DNA of 64,000 bases, from NCBI RefSeq assembly GCF_000143415.4, contig NW_003314392.1:282390-346389 (forward strand), in the 5' to 3' direction. The translations under genes were made by a program, and so were the position numbers. Below the pieces are notes generated by a model. The model was not told the DNA's origin, made no database searches, and saw only the letters and a program-made list of their open reading frames with translations. This document shows positions 13,501-25,373 of this stretch, piece after piece (the stretch's first letter is position 1; the number at the start of each line of letters is the position of its first letter). Source of the stretch: Selaginella moellendorffii (taxonomy: Eukaryota > Plantae > Lycopodiophyta).

Positions 13501-14431
13501 AGCTGTTTCCTGGTTAAATCAGATGCCTTTTCTTGCTCTGCTAGTTTTAAAAACTGTGATTGAATCGACTTTGCATTCCCTGAAAGACTTAATTAGCGTC
13601 TCATGTGCCTATTGACCTCAAAACGAGTACTTTTCCTGAGATCTTCGTCCTCTGCCGGCTGGAAAGAAGATAGTTAACTTCTCCGTCAAGCGAAAACACA
13701 CCTGACTTACTTGTCGAGTGCTTTGGAGCTGGCCGATCTTTTGCCAGGGAAAAGAATAGTGGTGGAAAGCTTTGTATGGTGCCATTCCTTCGCTCCATAA
13801 AACGTCCAACTGCAGCGATAACGAAAAGCTTCAATCTCAAGACAAGCGTGTGATAAGTTTCTCACCGTAAACTTGCGGCATTGGCGGGACACAGAAAGAA
13901 CACGGGCCGCAACCGTCGAGTTCCTGGAACAACACATACACAGGAACAAACAGATAAGAGTTTTTAAAAGAAGTAGACTCGCGCATAAACGTACATGGAA
14001 CTTTTAAAGAGGATGACATCGTCCGGACACACAACTTTGCAAAAAAAAGAGAGCTTTAGTTCTAGCGAAAACTACAATGCTGATATACCTCCATCACAGG
14101 GAAGAACAAAGGAAGAAGGGGGATATGAGTCCCTGAGAGTTCCACACTTTCGGTACCTGCATTCGATCGGGCCAATTCGCAAACAAGGAGGCCAGTGCTT
14201 ACTTGATATGGTCACGGATGCGGCGGAGGAGTTCGTGCTTGAGCCCCACGTCCGGAATCTCGTGGTATGTTAGATAGGCTTTGGCTACATTTGTCTTGAG
14301 CTTCTCCACATCAAATCCCTCTGGAGAAGAATGGAAAAGAAAACCAAAAGCTGTGAGGATGGATGGATGGATCATCCGCTACCTTTAATGTCGTGGATTG
14401 ACACATCGTTGGTGGAGCCGCGCAGCGCCAT
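10590..14431 (-). CDS. SAP-domain protein (C3H62-like SAP plus downstream conserved domain) with a long C-terminus built from many small exons
   Basis: Manual splicing from ATG 14431 gives MALRGSTNDVSIHDIK|EGFDVEKLKTNVAKAYLTYHEIPDVGLKHELLRRIRDHIK|YRKCGTLRDSYPPSSFVLPCDG|VVCPDDVILF|TVAARVL..KFT|LDVLWSEG..STRQ|PAEDED. This parallels my recollection of plant C3H62-like proteins (VEKLKVDQCKVYL..G.K..LIQRIKEH..YP.SSFV.NCKGD..IEVLWSKG). I traced in-frame exons down to about 13.0 kb; the 3' end is approximate. Confidence 0.7.
12213..12780. repeat. ~250-260 bp tandem duplication of an exon pair with its introns (about 2.3 copies)
   Basis: ACCGGTTCA(T/C)TGTCGTCGAAGTTGAG...GGTGTACATCTCGTTTCC recurs at about 12213, 12463 and 12725. 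Confidence 0.9.
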
Positions 14432-14490
14432 GGCCGCGCATCGGCCAAGCACAAAAACCTCTGCTAAAGCCCTGCCCTAGAATGGAGCCG

Positions 14491-14501
14491 GGATTCGAAC
14501 C
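14491..14501 (-). promoter_or_regulatory. Isolated Pol III B-box (GGTTCGAATCC), no tRNA body
   Basis: Exact GGTTCGANTCC in the divergent SAP/CW promoter. Confidence 0.4.
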
Positions 14502-14904
14502 GGGGACTGCCACGTGGCTGGTAAAATTACCATTAGCTGGGAGGAGATTAGGACTAAGCGGGGGCAAGGGTTGAGTTTCCGTGTGTATTGTCTCCGCCAG
14601 GGCGGCGCAGGGAAGCGCGAGCGATGCGATGACGGGGGCGAGCGGCGCCGCGCGCTGGATCAGCGGACGCTGCTGCTGATTCCCGCGAATTCCCAGGGAA
14701 TTGGCGCTCCAGAGCAGGGAATTCCAGAATTGGATCGTGGTTTAGGACGATTTCTAGGACAGATAGGAGCTCTTGGATTAGGCTTGGGCGCTGTGGATTG
14801 CCGAGGGGGGTTTTTGGGAGGATTGACAGCAGACCCCAGGGAGCAGGGAGGGGCGGATAGAGGCGTCGCTCGATCGATCGCGGCGGGGAGGATGTGACGA
14901 CGCA

Positions 14905-17900
14905 ATGGCATTACAGGTATCAGCTGGGTACAAAAGGGATGTGTTAGCTGCCATGGAAGGCAACGAGGAGCTCGAGGAAGGCGAGGCCTGCGATGCCAAC
15001 GATTCCAATTACGGTTCCGACCTTTGCTTCCCACACCTTGTACGTTTGCCAGAAAAACTTTCCTTCACTCCTTGGAGTGCTTTCTTCTGTGCGTTTTTGA
15101 GACGCCAAGGTTTCTCTCTTGCTCTTGCAGGAGCACAAGCTGGCGGAGTTTCTGGGTCACGCCCGCAAGGATTTCGAAGGTGGCTACTACCCGGAGAAAT
15201 TGGGTAGGCTCCTCGCTCTCTCCCTCCTAGCACCACCGACACCAACGTTTGACATGGTTTGCAATGCAGGATCGAAGTATGGAGGCTATGGAACTTTCCT
15301 ACCAACAGTACCCGCGGTTCCACCTCCGGCAGCTGCCGCTGGACGAAGATTGTCACCTCTTACGCCTTGCAGACCGCCAGGGATCACCAACTTGGAAGTA
15401 AGAACTGCATTTTGTTGTCGTGGTCAGTGATAGAGTTTGATGATTTCTAGGTGGCGAAGCAGGCTACCACCACGATTGTTTCGGACATGGCAACTGATCA
15501 GCATGCCTCTCCGTCCGCAAAGCCCAAGCTAATCCCCGACTCTACTGGTACTGAAGTGAAGTCTTCGATCACCCTGAGAATAAAGATGGGGAGCGAAGGT
15601 CGGGGCAGGAATGCTGCTATATACAACAGGCTCGGTTTCTCTTCGCCTTCGGCTTCCGAAGGCGAAGACGACGATTTGTCTGGACCCGAGTCCAGCCCCG
15701 ACCGAAGCCCTGCATCCATGATACAGGTAAAAGTTGTTTTTTTCCATCCTTATCTACTGTTGTTCATGTCTTCATTTATGTTTTACGCTGCCTTGCAGAT
15801 CATTCTATCACATCGGCTTCCTCCGGATGGACTTTTATCACCTTTGCCCGATCTTACGCTCAGGCCAGTCGGAAGATCCATAAAGGTGGCCGACAGTGGC
15901 TCGACCAAGACAAAAGAACGTAGGCAGTCTAGAATCACGAAAATGGAAGATGACAACTTGAAGGACTTATCAGAGGACAGTGGCAGAAAGGACATGGAGT
16001 TGGATCGTAGGCAGGCGCAGGTTAAGCAAGAGGTGCAAGAGGTGAGGAAGGAGAAGATCAAGGTCAAAAGCCAGGACGAAGCATGGAAGTTTGTTTCTAT
16101 TCCTGCAAGGGCGGAGGAACAGAAGATGCCAGCGAAGGAAGTTTGTGATCTTGCAGCAGAAGACAAGGCTACATCGAGAAAAGACTATGCTCCTGTAAAG
16201 GAACTTCTTTCTGTCAAGGATGTGCCTACGACGAAGTTACAACGCGATGAGGCATCTGTTCCGGAAGTGCCCAAGGAAGCACATCCGGAAAAAAGAAAAC
16301 AAAAAGAAAACGAGTCCGAGAAGAGAGCCAAGAAGAGGCCGAAAGTAAACAGCTCATCAGGAATGGAAGCGAGTGCAAGTAAAGAAGGGAAGAAGTCTCG
16401 GGCTGAGGACAAGCCACCAAAGTCGAAGGACGAGAAGAAAAAGGAGAAGTCTGCTAAACAACAGACGAAGTCGGAGCTATCTTCTGAAGCTCTCAGGAGG
16501 GACAACCTTAAGGAGGACCCGGTTTCAGGCAAGGCAAGGGGTGGAAAATCAAAGGGAGTCAAAAGAAGCAAAGACTTTAGCGAGCCTTTGCCTTTGGAAA
16601 TGACAGATTGCTCTGATATCAAGTTCTCGGAACCGCCTCTCCAACTCCAACAGCCGGTTGCTCCTCCAGATGTTGTCCCTCTACCACCGGCAATCATTAA
16701 CGAGAATTGGGTAGAGTGTGACGATTGCCACACCTGGCGACTTCTTCCTCCGACTATGGATCCTCCCAAGCAGTCCGATAGGTGGCGGTGCGAGATGATC
16801 ACATGGCTGTAAGTTCTTTTTCTCTTCTTGGCTTTCTTCTTTTCGTTATATGCGTCGTCATTTTGGCCAGGCCTCCGGGAATGAACAACTGCAGAATCTC
16901 CGAGGAGGAGTCGACAAATGCTGTCTACAACGCCCTTGGAATTTCGAGTGCTAGTTTACCTGCGGTTCAATTTTTGGCTCCCCCCGCACATCCGCCACCT
17001 CCTGTAGCAGAAATGTCTTCCAAGCTTAATCACACTAAAAAGGCTCCGAGGCCAGATTACAATGAGGAGGCACCTGGGAAGTCTCGTGCTTTAGATGTCA
17101 AGCCCGCGAAGCATGCCGTTAAGAAGAAAGAAAAGTCCAAGAAGCATTCTGAAGGTCTGTTCTTTTATATCTTTCTTCTCTGGTTCTTACACTTGTGGTT
17201 TTCCAGTTGACGAGTCTCGACTAGCTAAAAACATTCAGACTCAAGAAGAAAAATCTAAAGATCCGCACGACAAAGCGAAAAAGAAAAAGAGAGCCTTGAG
17301 TGAAGAGATCCACATGTCCAAGAAGATGAGACCCGAAGATGGGAGTTTACATCAACGTGGACGATACCCCCATGCGGACATTTCCAACGAAGAGACTTTT
17401 GCGGACGAGGATGCTGAGTCGCACGAGAAATCTGCTGGCAAAAGACCGGTTGATGCCAAGGGTGGCAGGAAGGACAAGCCAGACGAATCCAGAAAGGATA
17501 GGAGGGTTCAAGACGTGGAAGGAAGCAGCCAGCGTGCAAGGTACGAGGACAGCGAACGGGAGGAGGCAGGGAAGGCTTCGAAGCTTTTCAAGCCCGAGAA
17601 GAGTAGTACAAGAGGGAAAGCGGTTCGCGTGGTTGACAGGCACGCGGATATCCAACCGAAGACTTCTTCGAGGCTCAGCAATGACGGCGTGGAACCACGA
17701 AAGAAGAAAGGATCGGAGAACTGCTCGCCATCCTATGAGTCTGTAGACACGTTCAAAGGCCGGGGGGCTGACGACGCGAGGAACGCAGGCGACTTCTCCG
17801 AGAAGGAAGCCAGAAGGAGTCATCCTGAGCACGGGAAGCTCTTGAATGACTGGGACGAGTTTAATGAGCAAAGCTCATGGGACGAAGATATGGATAAAAA

Positions 17901-19236
17901 GCAACAGGCTCACCAAAAGGCAGGCGACCAGGACAGGTACAGGCACGGTGAAGATAAACAGGATAGGGAGGGAGCTCCAGACGACAGGGACACGGATAGG
18001 CGTCTTTCCACCGGGGCGAACGGTTTGGAAGAACGAGGCAGAGCAAAGGAGGACAAGAGCAGCAGGAAAAGCGTCAGAAGTTCCGAGGGTCGGTTGAAAA
18101 ATGCAGAGGCGCTGAAAGGCGAGCACGAGGAGTTTGACAAGGCTGAGACGTACGCAAAGGTTGAGGCTGACAGGGATAGGAGGTCTGGGAAAGAAGCCCA
18201 GAGAACAAATCCTTCCGAGGAGCCAGGCAAGAAAGGAGTGGCTGAAATTCTCGAGGGGAAGCACGACGCCAAGGATTACTCCCTTGCAAACAATGCTATC
18301 AAGGCGGCTAAAAACTTGAAGCACCACGCGGACCGTCTAAAGGTGAGCGATAGTTTTTCACTCTTAGCTGACATATACTTACACTTCCGTTCGTTTCAGG
18401 ACGAAACTGCGAAGGATATTTATTTACAGGCAGCTCTCAAGTTTTTGCAAGGTGGAGCTCTTGTGGAGAACGTGTCTCTTTACAACGACACGGCGGATCT
18501 GTTCAAGTGAGTAGACTATCCCTGACAAAGAGACAGCAACCAACACCGTCTTTTCCAGATTTTGTGCATCGCAGTACGAGCGTGCAAATGACATGCCGGG
18601 GGCTCTTTTGGCCTACAAGTGTGCCGCAGTAGCACGCTTTCGAATGGCGCTGCTAAAGAACTCGTCCCTGAGCCGAGACCGCCGGGAACTCCACTCGGCT
18701 CTCCACCGTGCACCCGCGGCAGTCCAGGCGACTCCTCCAACGGGTACAAAAGTTTGGATCGTTTCTGTGCGTGACCGGTTTCCTCTTTGCAGGAGAGTCG
18801 CCATCCTCTTCTTCGGCATCCGACCTCGACAACCTCAACAGTCAGATGCTCCCCCCTGTCGATAAGACGTTCTCGAGCACCGGGAAAGGACCCGTGTCAC
18901 CGCTCATCCAAAGCACCGGCACTGTACCTCCGGCACTCCAGCCAACGCTTGCTCGTTTCGTTCGGAATGTAAGTTCAGTTCTCTTGCTTGGATTTGGATC
19001 ACTCCAGTTCCAGCCATGGATGTAACGCTCTCGCTTCCTTGTTCCAGACCGCAGACGTGTTTGAGGCCTTTGATATCTGGAATAAGGCAGAGAGTGTGCT
19101 GGCGGCCGTGGTTGCGGCCAAAGTCCTGACCCCAGACAAGGTGGCTGCGCTGGAGAAGGTTTGCAGCATTGGATTCAGCGACGTGGAAGCACTGGTACGC
19201 CTTGTCAACCAAGCATTAGAGGCACTGGGGCGATAA
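14905..19236 (+). CDS. CW-type zinc-finger protein (CWZF3/5/7-like), multi-exon
   Basis: N-terminal ELEEGEAC..LGHARKDFEGG..KYGGYGTFLPT; CW finger ENWVECDDCHTWRLLP..WRCEMITWL|PPGMNNCRISEEE; C-terminal helical domain AKNLKHHADRLK..YLQAALKFL..LAYKC. Confidence 0.92.
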
Positions 19237-19383
19237 TCAAGCAAAGCGCGACACACAGAGAAGGATGGGGAAATTTTTGATTTATGTAACATATATATGG
19301 TCAACAGCCCAACAATGTATCAAAATTCAAGCAGGTTTTTTCTTACAAAATAAAACACTCGATCTTTTAAAACCTGTATACAG

Positions 19384-19421
19384 TAAACCCTAAACCCTAA
19401 ACCCTAAACCCGAGGGTTTAG
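19384..19421. repeat. Interstitial telomere-type repeat (TAAACCC)4 followed by one inverted unit
   Basis: TAAACCC x4, then GA GGGTTTAG. Confidence 0.8.
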
Positions 19422-19469
19422 TACTTGGGTGGTATATACAAGGTATATTCCAAATCATGACGAAACTTC

Positions 19470-20957
<1,488 letters not shown>

Positions 20958-20971
20958 TCAAAGGCAAGGGC

Positions 20972-21124
20972 AATAATCAAGCAAAGCACGACACACAAAG
21001 AAGGATGGGATGTATATGGTCAACAGCCCAACAATGTATCAAAATTCAAGTGGATATCATCTATTGTTGGGATAGAATTCCAGCCAGAAGGGCGGAGTGA
21101 CGTTTCAAGGCTCCCAAAATCCCC
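20972..21124. pseudogene. Shrunken copy of the CW-gene 3' end joined to a kinesin 3' end
   Basis: 20972-21050 matches 19233-19331; about 21073-21124 matches 39350-39447 (GAATTCCAGCC..GGGCGGAG..TCAAGG..CTCCCAAAATCCC) with deletions. Confidence 0.75.
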
Positions 21125-21239
21125 TGGGTAAAGCAGCAGCAACCAACATAAGCAAGTAAAGCAGGAGGAGAAAACTTTCTCAGAACTTCGTGCTGCCATA
21201 AAACAGTGCACAGTGATGCACGACCTAGAAAGGGAGACA

Positions 21240-22045
21240 AATCCATGCAGCACTGATTGCTACCAGGCTGCAGATCAACCAGTATTTAGCACATGCCTTG
21301 ATCAGAATGTACGGAGCATGCCGGAACATGGAGCTCGCAGAGCAGGTGTTCGATGAGATGCCTGAGCGGGATCTCTGGGCCTGGTCCTCACTGATAAAAG
21401 GGTATGTCGACAATAGGGAATGTTTGAAAGCCTTAGATGTGTTCACGGCCATGGACTGCAAACCAGATAATTTCACATATATGGTAGCACTTATGGCGGT
21501 TGGTAAGAGAGAAACAAGTAGAAAAGCAACAGTGGCTGAACATGGGACTTTCTATTCATAAACAAGTGAAGGATTCGGGATGTCATGTTAATACATTTTT
21601 ACAGACATGTCTTATTGACGTGTATGGACATTGTGGCAGGATGGACTTGGCTACTGATGTCTTTCACAAGATGGCAGTTAAAAATGTTGCTAGTTGGAAT
21701 AGTATGATCCTAGGCTATGTAGAGAGTGGGAAATGGGCAAATGCCATGGATCTGTACGCAAGAATGGACTGTAAACCGAACCATATCACATACATTGCGG
21801 CTCTTAAGGCATATACAGGTTGTGCTAGTGAAAAATTATCAACGTCAGGCAAAATATCATGTCTTCAACAAGGCATTGATATCCATAAGAAGACTGAAGC
21901 TGCTGGCTTTGATCGTAACATTTTTGTGGCTAAAGCTTTGCTCAATATGTACTGTAAATGTGGACAAATGAAAGTTGCCGAACAAGTGTTTGTTAGCATG
22001 AATTGTAGAGATACATCCCCACAGCTCCTTGGTACCTTTATATGA
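21240..22045 (+). pseudogene. PLS PPR fragment
   Basis: LIRMYGACRNMELAEQVFDEMPERD and LIDVYGHCGRMDLA; frameshift near 21520; truncated. Confidence 0.8.
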
Positions 22046-24009
22046 ACCATCACAGGTTATAAACATCAAGTATAATTTCAACATAACTGTGCCTGGAGTG
22101 GCGACGAGGGTGGGCAGGCGAGCCAGCCCAGGGTGTGCCCGCCTGCGCACCCTCGGCCCCAAGGTGGCCGCCATGTAGCTGGGAGGCCTTGGCCAAGGGG
22201 CCAGGGGAGGGGCCGGGGTCTCGTACCCTGCCCATGGCAGAGGCCAAGGACTTGGCCACGGGGGGGGATGGGCAGGGTCTCGTACCCTACCCATCCTGCC
22301 TGCCCCCAACCTGCCCATGGTCCCCCTCGCCGGATCATCCATCTAAACCGCTAAACATTGCCAAGGAATGCCAACACCGGATCATTAGAAGGACTTAGAA
22401 GCATTTGGAGCACTATAGATGAGCATAGCACTATGCATGAATTTTTCAGGAATTCTTGACTAGCCTGAATGGTAGAACCTGATTGAGCATTTCAAATAGT
22501 ATCATATAGACAATAGGCATAGCTTGCATAGGTAACCCCATTAGCAGTAGACCAGCAATAGCAATAGCAGTAAACCTCAGGCTAAACAGCAATAGCACAA
22601 CTTCCAATCTAGCTTATATTTCTCATCTGTTTGATTTCTTAGAACTGCACCTAGATATCCATTACATAAACTAGGAGAGAAATACATTGCAGTCTAGGCA
22701 TTAGGAGAATAAACATACTCAAACCACTAGGGCAATAGAATAAGCATACTGACGACTGAACAGCATTAGGTACCTTTTCACCGGCTTCCACAAAGATGGT
22801 GCTGTTGATAAGCCATATTGGCTTGGCCTCCAAATGAAGGCTTACATTGCAAAATCTTGGAGAAATGCTATGGAAATTGAAGGTGCGGAAATGTTTTGTT
22901 CTGCATACTATTGCTGTTCTAGGAGTCAGGACGGACACGTAGTTGCATGAAGCGCCTTCAATTCCCACATTGATTGCTCAAAACTTTCGCTGCTTCCGCC
23001 GCGCAGGGAGACGAGGAGCAAGTGTCCTGGGAGTATGAAGCAGGTGCGTGGGATGGGGTGGCCCCTTACGTTTTTGTCTTTGCATGGATTTTTTTTCTTC
23101 TGGAAGAGAAGCTGGAAGAAAACCTGCAGACGTTTCGACTAATGCGGATTTCCAGCCGATAAGAAACCGATTTTTGCCAGTGCGATTGCTCAAGTGGCTG
23201 CAGCCGAAGCTGAAGCTTGCATGCCAGCTGGGACACAGGCTGGATGCTGTCCATACACGCAACACTGGCTGGCACATGAAGCGATGGAAAAAAAGAGGTG
23301 GGGGCACTGTCCAATGCTATCGACTTTGGTGAAACGAAAAAGAAAAATAAGGGAGGCATATGGTGACCCCAGATTTTGCGAATTTGTGTAAGTACTTCTG
23401 ATTGTGCCCCGGTCCAGGCAAAGCGACAGGGGGATGTAAGCAAAGCGTGACATAGCCACACCTCGAAGATAATCCAAACAACGAAACAGTAAGGTACTCG
23501 TCGTTTTTAAGTCCTTTTGGTTTTGTGAATTTCATGAGTTTTTATTTTATTTTTATTTTTTCAGGTTTCTGTGGGAGGGAAGCGGAGTCCAACCTCTAGC
23601 GGCTGAAGGTATTAGCTTTGGTGCCTTCTTTGGAAAGGTGGCTCAGGATCGGACTGCAGGTGGAACTGGACAGTGGCACATGATGCTGCATGTTGAGGAG
23701 ATTAACTTTCTTCCGGGCAAAAGCCGGGTAGAGGCAAATGCTGCTTGGCGATTGCTGCTACCTCTCCAATCTTGTCATTCTTCGGTATGGCAAGTTCAAT
23801 TCAGGAAAGGATTGTGAGCGAGCTCGATAAGGACATGGCAACCGCAGTCGATCGTCTTAACTTTGTTCAGGTACTCTCAAGCAGCGAGCAACCGGGAGTG
23901 GGAGCGAGCTCCAACTCCATGGTTGCTCCACTAGAGGCCATGCCACTAGTGAGTCCTAGCTCCGAGCTGGGATTGAGTTCCGGGACTCCTCCCGGTGGAA
24001 TCCTCGCTC

Positions 24010-24696
24010 GATGGTGAGTCCGACACCGAGCTAGCCTCGGTTACACAGGAGTGGATTCGGCTATCCCCACGGTAGAGATGGTGGTACCTGCGCATACATT
24101 CGTCCTGTATCCTCTCAAGCTCCTGAGCGAGGGGATAGCTTATCGCGTAGCCGGCTCCTCGATAGGCCATGTTGGAACTGAAGCCGAGCACATTCTGGAA
24201 GTGGCTCTCCGAGGTGGTGCCGATGTAGTAAGGCTGATGGTGGTCGTACTTGCTCAACACCTTCACCAAGTTGTAGGGGAAAACAACCGTGTCGTCGTCG
24301 GCCATGACAAACCAATGCACGTCGGGGAGCCGGAGACGAACCATCTCGGATCTCGAACACCATGATCGGAGGCAGCGTGGATCGGTCCGTCTCCTCCTCG
24401 GCCAGGTCGGTCGTCCATCCAGACGAACCCCCGCATCCTTCCAGGCTCCCACCATGATCGGATGTAGTTCTTGCGGGAGTTCCACGCCTGGGAGCTCGAG
24501 GGAGGCCGAAGAGGAGATTGTGGAGCGTGGTCGGCTCTCCCGATGCTGCGGAGCTCAATTTCGCTGGGGATCGTGAGGAATCCGTGAAGAATCGATGGGG
24601 CCAAGTGATGATCCAGCAGGCGACTACCACGACCATGATCGCGCATTTCTTGACAAGCGCGGCGTTCGAGGGAGGAGGGCGCGAGGGTTTTTGCAT
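24010..24696 (-). pseudogene. DUF604 / fringe-like glycosyltransferase pseudogene
   Basis: WNSRKNYIRSWW..RGFVWMD and WFVMADDDTV..YYIGTTSESH..GAGYAISYPLA lie in different frames; truncated. Confidence 0.85.
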
Positions 24697-25223
24697 CGCG
24701 GCAGCTATGGCGTTCCCTTACTTGGAAGCTGTTGTCGGTAAGGATTTTTGATGGTTCGTGTTCGCGAAGTGTTGTTGTTTTTGTTGTTATTTTCTCCGCA
24801 GGTTTTATGATATTCATGTACTTCTTTGAGAGCTACTTGCATTTTCGATAGTACAGGGCTCTGCAGCTCCCGACTTTACCTCCAACCTTGAAAGGTGTAG
24901 TTAGCCAGGAGACGTTTGAGAAGTCTCGCGCCTATACTCTCGAAAAAAGGTTAGCTTCCTTATTTTATTTGCGAATTTATTTCTTGCATGTTACTGATGC
25001 TTTCATATTCTTTGTGACAGTCGTTTCCAGTTCATTCATTCGACGTGGTCTATAATCGAGGAGAGTGCTATTTTACTTTTGAAGGCGTTGCCTTGGGTTT
25101 GGCTGGTAAGTGTGCTGTTGTATGTCACCGTAATGTCATGTTCTTTTATGATCATTTTTTTGGACATTCAGAAATCGGAAGCTATAGTTGTTTGGCTAGG
25201 TTTTGATCCGCAGAACGAAATCG

Positions 25224-25373
25224 TCTAACGAAAGGTGAAACCGTGTGATGGTGCTCAAGATCCGTTATAGCATATATGGAATGGAAAATGTACATATGTG
25301 TGACATGGTGAACCGGTGAAGACTCGTGTCTCTCCACGTGGACTAGCCACGTGGCACAGGGCCACTCTCAACA
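25224..25373 (-). repeat. Copia 3' LTR (150 bp)
   Basis: Near-identical to 29610-29748: one 10-bp indel, one substitution and one terminal 1-bp indel. Confidence 0.93.

Noticed and set aside
14460-14570. Possible tRNA genes at the TTCGA motifs (also 42770 and 45600)
   Set aside because: No acceptor stem, D-arm or anticodon arm can be folded; only the B-box/T-arm is present.
9367-19236. Chromatin gene cluster (MBD4L, SAP protein, CW finger)
   Set aside because: Adjacency alone is not evidence in a genome this dense.
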